A stretch of 64,000 nucleotides of DNA from Bacteroidia bacterium. Its GTDB lineage: Bacteria > Bacteroidota > Bacteroidia > NS11-12g > UBA9320. Below are positions 50,088 to 59,020 of the stretch, in pieces. Position 1 is the stretch's first letter. Every line of letters starts with the position of its first letter. The stretch spans positions 544,001 to 608,000 of the forward strand of contig CBDCFW010000006.1 of NCBI GenBank assembly GCA_965216465.1. The letters run 5' to 3'. The notes beneath the pieces were generated by a model. It worked only from the letters and a program-made list of their open reading frames with translations, was not told where the DNA came from and searched no databases. The translations under genes and the position numbers were made by a program.

Positions 50088-51185
50088 GTGAAACCAATTG
50101 ACATAAATAATCATTTTACGTCCTTAGACCGAAGTGTCTTGGACGGAGAAAATGCCTATACTGCCTATTTCGGATATGTAAAAAATGCCTTAGATATTCT
50201 CTTAAGCTCATTTAACAGAATTCCAAGTCATAATCCTTTAGAGGTGGTTATGCTTAAGAAGTTTGCTCAAAAATTCTTGCATACCATTGAAGCCTTTCGG
50301 TTGAAGTATAACTTCGACGAGAATCAATCGATGTTGGTTGATTTAACGGAAAGTAGTTTTCCTAATTTCTTAGAATTTAAACGGTTACAAGATGACTTGC
50401 ACAAACGTGAGGCTCAGCTGAAGTCACTTCCGAACAAGGACACATTAAAGCAGAATATTTTAGATGCACTAATTCGAAATCATAAAGATCCGAATCGACT
50501 GCTTCAGCAGCTGAGTAAACGCAACTATTATTCGAGTTTAGAAATACATAAACTGTTTTTTGAGTTTACTCCTGGTAAAATTGAGTTAATCAAACAGCAC
50601 GATGATAAAGAAGAAACAAGAACCTACTTTTATTCTTGGGCTTCTTTTGACAGTGTTACCAACAAACCTTATGTATACACAATGGTGTTTGACAATCCAA
50701 CCAACACCAAGCATAGCGGTGGCGACATCAAGCGAGACCATGACTTTATCGAGGTCATAAAACGATGTACACACAACAGCGCACCGCTAAAAGTGGTTGC
50801 ATCAGATATTGATAATTCATACGAGAATATCTACCCAAAAGTGCTTAAACGAATTGAGTTGGGTCCAATTTATGGGAAGTATAGCCAAGACAAACATCCC
50901 TTTACGCTTATGCTTCGAAATCATTTTTCGGAAGAAGATTTCATTTTAACCTATCAAACCGAAATTGTTTTCTCGGTAGGTCAAAAGCGAACTTCCTCAT
51001 TTCTATCGAAGGGTGAATTGAGACAAGTATTTCATGTTGACGAGTCAAATAAAGACTGCATGGAAAAAATGATATCTCAACTCGACAAATATATGATTAC
51101 CTCGCATCGCGTACTGCAATACATTAACGATACTCAGCCAGAGGCATTAAAAGAACTTACTGTTCCTGCCTACGTATATAATTGA
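50088..51185 (+). CDS. Hypothetical soluble protein (AAA operon gene 2)
   Basis: 365 aa ORF, GTG start; stop 1 nt before the next ATG. Confidence 0.75.
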   Translation: MKPIDINNHFTSLDRSVLDGENAYTAYFGYVKNALDILLSSFNRIPSHNPLEVVMLKKFAQKFLHTIEAFRLKYNFDENQSMLVDLTESSFPNFLEFKRLQDDLHKREAQLKSLPNKDTLKQNILDALIRNHKDPNRLLQQLSKRNYYSSLEIHKLFFEFTPGKIELIKQHDDKEETRTYFYSWASFDSVTNKPYVYTMVFDNPTNTKHSGGDIKRDHDFIEVIKRCTHNSAPLKVVASDIDNSYENIYPKVLKRIELGPIYGKYSQDKHPFTLMLRNHFSEEDFILTYQTEIVFSVGQKRTSSFLSKGELRQVFHVDESNKDCMEKMISQLDKYMITSHRVLQYINDTQPEALKELTVPAYVYN

Positions 51186-51186
51186 T

Positions 51187-53148
51187 ATGGAAAAACAAGA
51201 ATCATCATTACTCAAAATAAAAGAAGAAGACTTATTAGAATATAAGGATGAAGTAACGGGATACCTCAAAACGGTAAGCTGGAAACCCGATCATAAAAAC
51301 TCGAATCAAAGTATTGATTTGAATTTTTTAAGTGATGTAACAAAGGCTCTCGATATTCAGAAAGAAGATGAGATTTCGATTATGAAAGCCGCAATTCGCA
51401 TTAGCAATGACCGGGTAATCCTTTCAAACCAATCGAACCACGTACTTAATGCCATTCGAACGGGGTTTTGTATTGGTAAATATGTTGCCTCGCTCTATTC
51501 TGATACCAGCGGATTAGAATTGCTGCATCAAAAGAATGTAAGTGGTTCGCTCCACCAATCTGAATTGCCTGAATTTCATGATAAGAGTCAAACACAGTCG
51601 GCTATTTTACTGTATAGTGCTGCCTCTTATATCAAATTTACATTGCAGGACTATCTGGCAGATGAAGTGTCGTCTATTCAAATCGACTTCGGGGGAATTC
51701 CTCAAGTAAGTTTAACACGACCAACAAAGGCCATCAAGTGTGCTTTGTATTACTATGCGGCATACCTTGAAAAGTCAGGAATTGTAAAAACTGATCTACA
51801 CTTCATAAAAATGACCTTGCTCTATTTCGAGCGGTTAATGGAAGAGATTCAGCTTCGTAAGAATGCGTTAAAATACACGACCGTATTTTCTGATAATCAC
51901 TACAAACTTGAGAATTCTGAGTTTGTAATTCAAGGGTTTGAACAAGCCTCTTTAGCAAGTGTTAAAGGAATGCAATTCAATCCAATCAGAATGGAGCAAA
52001 TTGTATCGAACAAACAAGCTAAGCACATGTTTAAGCGCTATGCGGATCGATTAATGTGCTTTGACTTTGAGGCGAAGAAAAATCCGATGAATGAATTGGG
52101 AGGACTTCCTTCAATCACTATGGCAGATGGTAAGCCAGGTACAGGAAAAAGTATGCTTATCGCGGCAACAGCAACCTTACTGCAGGAACGATGCGATCAG
52201 CTTGGTCACAACTTTTTATTTTGGCCTCTTCCTGAAAATATTGTTTCTACTTTTCAAGGTGGAACTGCAGAAAGAGCCATGGAATGGTTTAAACCCATGC
52301 AGGACACCAACAAAATTGTATTTGCACCTATCGACGACGCCGAAAACAATCTTGAAGAAAGAACCAGACAAGGAGTTTCGGCTGGTGTTAGGGAATTTAT
52401 CGGAGTGTTTTTAAGGAATACAGAAGGGGCTTACGCAGTAAACAATGGAAACCGATTAATCAGCTTGTTCACTAACATCCCAGACCAAATTGATAAAGCT
52501 GTACTCTCCAGAATCCAAATGAGAATCTCGATGGAAGGTGCATCAGATAAGTACGACTTTATTGACCAAGACTACCTCTGGTGGAATAAATATGCTCAAC
52601 TCGATCAGAATTTCATTGACAATACCGATCCTTCGAGTTATACCTACATGGAAGCTCAAAAATCTGTTAATTCAATTAACGATTTACTCAGCGACAAGTA
52701 CAAATTCACCAATGATAAGGTAAAAGACATTTACAAGGATTGCTTAGATGATGTAGATATCAATTCGCATGAATTTTTTGGTGTTTTTTACAGTGAGATT
52801 TTAAAGCAATATCCATTTTTCTCTTCTCGTGACCTTCGAAACATTCAGAAGGCTGTTGATGCTCGATTGATCGATTTTGATTTGCCAGAAGTGTGGTGGG
52901 AGAATCACGATGATTTCTTTAACAAAAATTATGACGACAAGTTGGTCATTCTTAAAGAACTGATGAAGGAAAACATGAAAGGAGCATCGTTTAGTCAAGT
53001 TCGCGTATTTGAAGCATTGAACTACATCGAAAATGCCATACGAATTAATGAAACTGGCATAAATAGAGACATCAAAGAGCGTGCGAAACAGATGTATATT
53101 CAAGAACAAGCAAGTAAAAAGTTAAGAAGCGGAGAGATACATGATTAA
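51187..53148 (+). CDS. AAA family ATPase with about 280-aa N-terminal domain (AAA operon gene 3)
   Basis: Walker A GKPGTGKS (52129-52152), pore loop IVSTFQG, Walker B APIDD, sensor-1 FTN, SRH IDKAVLSR. Confidence 0.88.
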   Translation: MEKQESSLLKIKEEDLLEYKDEVTGYLKTVSWKPDHKNSNQSIDLNFLSDVTKALDIQKEDEISIMKAAIRISNDRVILSNQSNHVLNAIRTGFCIGKYVASLYSDTSGLELLHQKNVSGSLHQSELPEFHDKSQTQSAILLYSAASYIKFTLQDYLADEVSSIQIDFGGIPQVSLTRPTKAIKCALYYYAAYLEKSGIVKTDLHFIKMTLLYFERLMEEIQLRKNALKYTTVFSDNHYKLENSEFVIQGFEQASLASVKGMQFNPIRMEQIVSNKQAKHMFKRYADRLMCFDFEAKKNPMNELGGLPSITMADGKPGTGKSMLIAATATLLQERCDQLGHNFLFWPLPENIVSTFQGGTAERAMEWFKPMQDTNKIVFAPIDDAENNLEERTRQGVSAGVREFIGVFLRNTEGAYAVNNGNRLISLFTNIPDQIDKAVLSRIQMRISMEGASDKYDFIDQDYLWWNKYAQLDQNFIDNTDPSSYTYMEAQKSVNSINDLLSDKYKFTNDKVKDIYKDCLDDVDINSHEFFGVFYSEILKQYPFFSSRDLRNIQKAVDARLIDFDLPEVWWENHDDFFNKNYDDKLVILKELMKENMKGASFSQVRVFEALNYIENAIRINETGINRDIKERAKQMYIQEQASKKLRSGEIHD

Positions 53149-54414
53149 GCTTGTACAAAACGGACTTTTTGGTAACAACCTGTATTCGGTTGATAGTCCT
53201 CCTATGGTTAAACGATACAATGAATGCTTGGAGGATATTGGTTTACAAAAAACGAAGCTTAAAAAGTTTCATATTGATGGCTGGGGATGGAGCCCAGAAA
53301 TAGCTGAAGAGCAAAAAAATCGATTCTATTTGTCACATGGCTTAGCCAATCCATTTGGGGTCATAATTTCACCTAAGCAGCAAAACGCTCCAATCTACAT
53401 GCCGTTTCATAGCTTCGACCGAGAAATTCATAAATACATTTTTAAAACATATAGTCAACAGATTGAAGATATCACAGCCACTTGTGGATTGTGGTTCGAA
53501 TTGGATCAAGAAATCTCAGCCTACCGTTCACCTCAAGATTTGTTAATGGTAGATTATATCAATGTCAATTTCTATTCGGTAGATCGAATCATGACTGCGG
53601 CAAGAGAACAAAGAGCATTGATTAGAGAGTTTCATGATGTGCCTCAAGCTTGGTCAAACGATGAATTGAGATTGAAGATTATAGAAAGCAGTCAAAAATA
53701 TGGGGATCTTAGGTTCCGAAAATTTGAAATCCCAAAGGTTCCGTTTAGTGCGGTAGAAAATTATTATACCCTAGGATTTAACGGGTTATACATTCTCAAA
53801 GGAAAGGGAAATGAGAAACCACTTTTAATCTTTAAAGATAACAGCTCAAAAGTTTCAGGTCAATTGGATAATTCGCACATTGAATTTAACATAGACGACC
53901 CTGGACTTTTAAGTTATTTATACAATAAATCGTTGATTTCCAACGATATTGACTTGTTTACAGATCACCCTAGCTTGATTGAAATCATGAAAGATTTCTT
54001 TCTCGTTAAGGCGGCTGTTGAACATAACGAAAAGGTTGAATTTAAAGACTTAAATACAGTACAAAAGAAGGGTTTGGTTAACAGAATGTTACAAGAAGAA
54101 CTACTGTCTGATGTTTACTTCGAATTGGAACGCTTGCTAAGTGCGTTGCAAAAGCAAGAGCAATTGGACCGATACATAACAAGCGAAACATTGCAACCTT
54201 ATTTGTTGCATCCTCACCCTAGTTTATCAACCCAAGAAAGCGGGTAATTTGGCACTTGTTGTGTAACATCAATGCACATTCACCAATGCTTACGTACTTG
54301 TTCGACAAACCTTCTTTCTACACCGCATATACTTCATGGCCGAAACAAGTACAGGTTTGGATCATTGAAAATATACTTCGACACAAAGAAATTTATAACG
54401 ACTTAATGAACTAA
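53141..54414 (+). CDS. DUF6638-like protein, interrupted by a 1-nt frameshift near 54240 (AAA operon gene 4)
   Basis: N-terminus 'RYN.CL..G...T.L..F.IDG.GWSPEIAEE...YL.HG.AN...IISP.Q...P.Y.PFHSFDR' matches my recollection of DUF6638. Track ORF stops at 54247; the frame from 54241 continues RVIWHLL...YLFDKPSFY...W...W to TAA 54414. Confidence 0.7.
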
Positions 54415-54416
54415 TC

Positions 54417-54918
54417 ATGGATATTTTAATTTCACTCTTAATTGGATTTGCACTTGGTATTGTTTTCTTCATCTGGGATAACAAGAAAGGTAAAAAATGG
54501 CATCGTAGGTGGTATGACCTAAGTCACAAAACACCTTTGGCTGAAGATTCAGAGGATAGCTTTATTGTTAATCAGCCCTTCTCTAAGAAATTGATTCCGG
54601 CAGTGATTATTACCATTCTGTTTAGTTACGTGACATGGTCATTTGGTGACATCAATCCAATTCTGGCGATAATTTCTTCCTTAATTATGCTGGTAGCTGT
54701 ACTGATTGGGTTTTATGTTGGTCCATTCATGAGCAGAACTGTACCTAAAGGTTTAAATGAAGCAAACAAAACATTAAAAAAAGCTGGATGCGTTGGAGCA
54801 AGATATACTTCAAGACCAACCTGAAAAAGAGGTCATTGAAATTAAGCCTAAGGACGAAAATGAGCCCAAAAAAGATGATGATTGGAGAAAAGGAGTTAAA
54901 GACTTTTTAGATAAGTAA
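54417..54918 (+). CDS. Small membrane protein (about 3 TM) with charged C-terminal tail, 1-nt frameshift in A7 at 54776-54782 (AAA operon gene 5)
   Basis: Track ORF ends at 54824; removing one A gives ...TLKKLDALEQDILQDQPEKEVIEIKPKDENEPKKDDDWRKGVKDFLDK*, ending at 54918, 3 nt before the next ATG. Confidence 0.7.
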
Positions 54919-54921
54919 ACT

Positions 54922-56511
54922 ATGGAACAAGCAGAAGAGTCAAGAAGCAGGATTTATTGGGTCCTTCATAACCTCCGCAAACGACTTGGGGGATTTATAA
55001 AACGTGCATTTAAGAATAGACCAATACTTAGCATCATTATATCCTTGGTTTTAGTTTATATGGTGTTTGTAAGCAGGGGCAGTTTTCAACCAGGCTTTCT
55101 ATTCCTAAGAAAATATTACTTGCTTGTTTTAGTCATTCTTTTGATCTTTTATTGGTTTGTTAAAACATGGGAAAGGCGAGAAACTAGAGGTAAAATCATA
55201 ACAACGGTTCTCATGCTGTTGGTAGCAACTGGCAGCTATTTTTATGGTGCTGGAGTATATCGTTATGTTAGCTTGTACTTTCATTACTCTCAAATTAATA
55301 AGGTCGAGCTAGATGAATTTCCCGAGACAGCTTTTGAGCGCATTCAGCCCATTAACTCTGTTCGAACATTAATCAATCAGGAAGGTCTTTCGGAAACAGA
55401 AGATGCTACTTTGCCTCGATTTGTGAGAGGTAGCGACAATGAATATTATTTCACCTGCGCGGTTGGACCTTCTCAGGAATACAAAGTACAACAGATGACC
55501 AAAAACATGTATGAGGTCATTCATATTCCAGCTGATTTGCCCGCTCCGGTGTTTTCAAAAAAATATCGAGAAGAAGTCAATTTTGATGTTGGAGAACTCT
55601 TACTTTTCAGCAAGAAAACTAAGTATGCAGTGGTAAAGAAATTTAACCTTCTGCAGTACTTTAATTATGAGATTGGATCTCCTATTTATGTGCCCAGCCA
55701 AGACAAAGGATGGTTGCAAGTTGTTCCACTTATTCGATGGAAGGGAGTTCTATTTCCTCGTCCTGTGTTTGGCGGGGTGATGGTAATCGATGAAACGACA
55801 TCAGAAGACAACTTTATGATGCGTATTCTATTTGGTGAAGGTCAATACTATACTCCTACTGAAATTCATAACATAGATGGCCTGCATGGGCAAAATTTGA
55901 TCCCTGAAAAAGTGGCCAAGTTCACAGCGGAGAGCTTCCGCTTTACAAATGGTTTTTTTGCTCCTTTACCTATGTATCACGAAGGTGATATACGTATTCC
56001 ATCGCTGCCTAATGACGTTGATCCTCAACCATTTACAGCATTTTTTAATATTAAAAATGATGAGAAGCTGTATAACTTCTTTGGACTAGAACCCTATCAA
56101 GAAAACAAGAAAGGATTGAGTTTAAGTCTCTTTATTCCTGGAGATGATGACAGCAAAGTATATTTTATAGACCACCGAAAATCGAACTTGTCTTACATCG
56201 GAAGCAGTGCAATTTCTGCTAAGATTATTGAAAGTAAAAAGAACTACGACTGGACTAAAAACTACCCAGCTGAAAGCAGACCATTTATTCGAAATGTGGA
56301 AGGAAAATCACGGTTATTCTGGTTAAGCACAATTGTTACCAAGGCAGGTGAAAATACTGGTGATTACATTGGAGGTAGTATCCCAGAAATTACCTTAACC
56401 GATGCCGTGCACGGTAAAGTTGTCTGGATCAACTCTGATTCGCTAATTCAAAATGATTCATGGATCAGACAAGCCCAAAGTGAATTACACAATTATTGGG
56501 AAAATGAATAA
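54922..56511 (+). CDS. Hypothetical membrane protein: 3 N-terminal TM helices plus a large soluble domain (AAA operon gene 6)
   Basis: 529 aa; three hydrophobic stretches in the first about 115 aa, then about 410 aa hydrophilic and aromatic-rich. Confidence 0.78.
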   Translation: MEQAEESRSRIYWVLHNLRKRLGGFIKRAFKNRPILSIIISLVLVYMVFVSRGSFQPGFLFLRKYYLLVLVILLIFYWFVKTWERRETRGKIITTVLMLLVATGSYFYGAGVYRYVSLYFHYSQINKVELDEFPETAFERIQPINSVRTLINQEGLSETEDATLPRFVRGSDNEYYFTCAVGPSQEYKVQQMTKNMYEVIHIPADLPAPVFSKKYREEVNFDVGELLLFSKKTKYAVVKKFNLLQYFNYEIGSPIYVPSQDKGWLQVVPLIRWKGVLFPRPVFGGVMVIDETTSEDNFMMRILFGEGQYYTPTEIHNIDGLHGQNLIPEKVAKFTAESFRFTNGFFAPLPMYHEGDIRIPSLPNDVDPQPFTAFFNIKNDEKLYNFFGLEPYQENKKGLSLSLFIPGDDDSKVYFIDHRKSNLSYIGSSAISAKIIESKKNYDWTKNYPAESRPFIRNVEGKSRLFWLSTIVTKAGENTGDYIGGSIPEITLTDAVHGKVVWINSDSLIQNDSWIRQAQSELHNYWENE

Positions 56512-57186
56512 TTAGGCAGGTTCGCAGCATTCCATCTGCTCTTTTTCTGCATTGAAATCTGGGCTGATATAAGGAATACCTAAGCCTGCTGATCTTACTA
56601 CTAGCATCAACCCTACAAAAAGTAGAAGTTTGGGTGTATGCTTGTTAAGCTTTTGCATTATGCCTGCTTTACCAAATTGCGGCAAGTACGATATGGCCAA
56701 CAAAATAGGTAAGGTTCCCAAACCAAAAAGAATCATGTACAGTGACACATTGAGTGCACTTCCTGCATTGACTGAAAGAATTGCAGCACCAAAGGATAAG
56801 CCACATGGTAAAAGGCCGTTCAGTACCCCTAAAAATAAACTTCCCGTTCTGCCAGGATTGGTTTTTAGCATTCTGTTTGAAACCACTTTAGTTATCTTTT
56901 CAATTAGGCGATTAACCGGTTTGATGTAACCTTTTAAGGCATAGAGAATCAGCAATACTCCACTGGCTAAGCCGACATATTGTTGCATTTCAAAAACTTG
57001 AAGCGGAGATACTAAAAAATAGAAGAATATGGCCAAGGCTATGTATCCAATCCATCTACCAAGATGGTGAACCAGCAATGAAAACAGTGAATATTGTCGT
57101 GCCCCTAATCCTAACATAAATGGACCACACATCGCAGCGCAATGCAAGCTTCCTAATAGACCAAGTATGAAGGCTGACCACATCAT
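56512..57186 (-). CDS. Sulfite exporter TauE/SafE (DsbD_2)-type cbb3 oxidase accessory membrane protein
   Basis: 'GSLHC..MCGP', 'G.LNGLLPCG', 'FGLGTLP'. Confidence 0.85.
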   Translation of the reverse strand: MMWSAFILGLLGSLHCAAMCGPFMLGLGARQYSLFSLLVHHLGRWIGYIALAIFFYFLVSPLQVFEMQQYVGLASGVLLILYALKGYIKPVNRLIEKITKVVSNRMLKTNPGRTGSLFLGVLNGLLPCGLSFGAAILSVNAGSALNVSLYMILFGLGTLPILLAISYLPQFGKAGIMQKLNKHTPKLLLFVGLMLVVRSAGLGIPYISPDFNAEKEQMECCEPA

Positions 57187-57608
57187 AATGCTAATTGTTG
57201 CTTTTTAAAGAATGGTTTTCCGTTTACCTCACCTTGCACTTCCATAATCCAATTTCCTTCTTCCAATTCTCCAAGTGCTATTTTAACATTTGAACTAGGA
57301 CTTGTATCGGTGAAAATAAGATCTCGATCCTGACTTTTATCTGCCAGATGTACCAGCTTAAAACTTGAAATCAGACCGATTGAATCAAACTGAAATAAAA
57401 ACTGATTATGATTTCTAATCAACTCGTAGCTCACATATTTCGCTTGAACTTCCATGTTCATTCGAGAGGCGTGTTCTTCACCTAATTCATAATAGTCTTC
57501 TTCATACAACTCTTGAGAAGATGTAGCCATTTTAATGCCCATTCCTACTATTAATAGAATGAAGCACACCATTGTGACTATCAATATTTTGGACCAATCA
57601 AATTTCAT
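57183..57608 (-). CDS. fixH: FixH/CcoH family protein
   Basis: N-terminal TM, 'L.EEDYYE', 'G.W'; position after ccoG. Confidence 0.75.
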   Translation of the reverse strand: MKFDWSKILIVTMVCFILLIVGMGIKMATSSQELYEEDYYELGEEHASRMNMEVQAKYVSYELIRNHNQFLFQFDSIGLISSFKLVHLADKSQDRDLIFTDTSPSSNVKIALGELEEGNWIMEVQGEVNGKPFFKKQQLAL

Positions 57609-59005
57609 TTTCGTACTGGAGCTAAGAATGTAGTTTCAAAACTACGTAGAAGCTCACCATCTACAAACAGGTCGAGGTGCATTTTATGCTCGTTTTGCGA
57701 AATATCTTTCGCTTGCATCTCAATGATAAAGACTTTTTTCTCTTCACTATTTGCTTCTAGCACTGAGTCTTGCTCGGCACGAGTCATTGTAGCATTATCA
57801 TCTTTCAACACAATTTTAAACTCAACATCATCGAAAGTTTTGTTCACCATCGAAAGGTTATATACGTTGGTAATTGTTCCGTCATCAGCTTCAGCATAGG
57901 TCATTCCAACTGCTCTAAGCACCTTTGCTTCTACACTTTTTCTATTGGCTAAAATGCCTACAGAAGCACCTAGAAGCAATACCATAACCAAGCTATAGGC
58001 AATAATTCTTGGCGTAAACTTGAAACCAACTTTGTTCTCGATGTTATTGGTTGAATCAATACGAATTAGTCCTCTCGGCTTTTTGATCTTGTCCATTACC
58101 GAATCACACGCATCCATGCATGCTGTACAGTTTACACATTCGAGTTGAGTGCCATTTCGGATATCAATTCCTGTAGGACAAACATCTACACAAATACCGC
58201 AGTCAACACAATCGCCCTTGTCTGCTTGACTTTCATTTTTTCTGATTTTGCCTCGTGGCTCCCCCCGAACATGATCGTAATTCACTACCATGCTATTGGG
58301 ATCAAGCATTACACCTTGTAAGCGACCGTAAGGGCAAATCATAATACACACCAACTCTCGAAGGCGTGCAAAAACGAGATAAAAGACAATTGTGAAAATA
58401 ACCAAGCCAATTAAGGTGACATAGTTTTCAGAGAATGGCCCAGTAATTTTAGCCCATAATTCTTCATAACCAATGAGGTACACTAAGAATGTATGAGCGA
58501 TTACAAATGATATTAAAAAGAAGATGCTATGCTTTGCTCCTTTCTTCAGGATTTTTTCCCGATTCCAAGGCATAGCATCTAATTTTCGTTGTTTGTTTGC
58601 GTTACCTTCAATCCAGTTTTCGACCTTTCTAAACACCATTTCCATGAATATGGTTTGTGGACAAGCCCATCCACACCATACTCTACCGAAAATTACGGTG
58701 AATAGAATAATGAAAACCAGAAGGGTGAGAGCGAGAAACACAAAAACGTGAAAGTCTTGTGGCCAAAATGGCTGTCCGAAAACTACAAACTTTCTTTCGA
58801 AAACATTGAGCAGTAAAAGTGGATATCCCCCAATTTTAACAAAAGGTGCTAGGAAAAAGAATGCTAAAAGAAACCAACTTAAATATGTTCTATACCTATA
58901 AAATGCTCCTTTTATTATCTTGGGATATATCCATATCCTTTTACCGCTCTCGGTCACATTAGCTAAATGCTCCCTAAAGTTCTCTGTATTTTTATGATCG
59001 CTCAT
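57605..59005 (-). CDS. ccoG: Cytochrome c oxidase accessory protein CcoG
   Basis: 'GRVWCGWACPQT', 'CPYGRLQ', 'DCVDCGICVDVCPTGIDIR', 'CVNCTACMDAC'. Confidence 0.95.
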   Translation of the reverse strand: MSDHKNTENFREHLANVTESGKRIWIYPKIIKGAFYRYRTYLSWFLLAFFFLAPFVKIGGYPLLLLNVFERKFVVFGQPFWPQDFHVFVFLALTLLVFIILFTVIFGRVWCGWACPQTIFMEMVFRKVENWIEGNANKQRKLDAMPWNREKILKKGAKHSIFFLISFVIAHTFLVYLIGYEELWAKITGPFSENYVTLIGLVIFTIVFYLVFARLRELVCIMICPYGRLQGVMLDPNSMVVNYDHVRGEPRGKIRKNESQADKGDCVDCGICVDVCPTGIDIRNGTQLECVNCTACMDACDSVMDKIKKPRGLIRIDSTNNIENKVGFKFTPRIIAYSLVMVLLLGASVGILANRKSVEAKVLRAVGMTYAEADDGTITNVYNLSMVNKTFDDVEFKIVLKDDNATMTRAEQDSVLEANSEEKKVFIIEMQAKDISQNEHKMHLDLFVDGELLRSFETTFLAPVRK

Positions 59006-59020
59006 TGAGTAGGCTCAAAT

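Noticed and set aside
54774-54783. A AAA AAG-like slippery site as a programmed -1 frameshift
   Set aside because: The continuing frame needs +1 (or -2), not -1, and I see no stimulatory hairpin
54822-54824. Stop-codon readthrough or selenocysteine at the premature stops (54247, 54824)
   Set aside because: The plausible continuations are in different frames, so readthrough cannot join them
48543-56511. AAA operon as a mobile island or prophage
   Set aside because: No integrase, transposase, tRNA target or flanking direct repeats seen; composition looks like the flanks by eye
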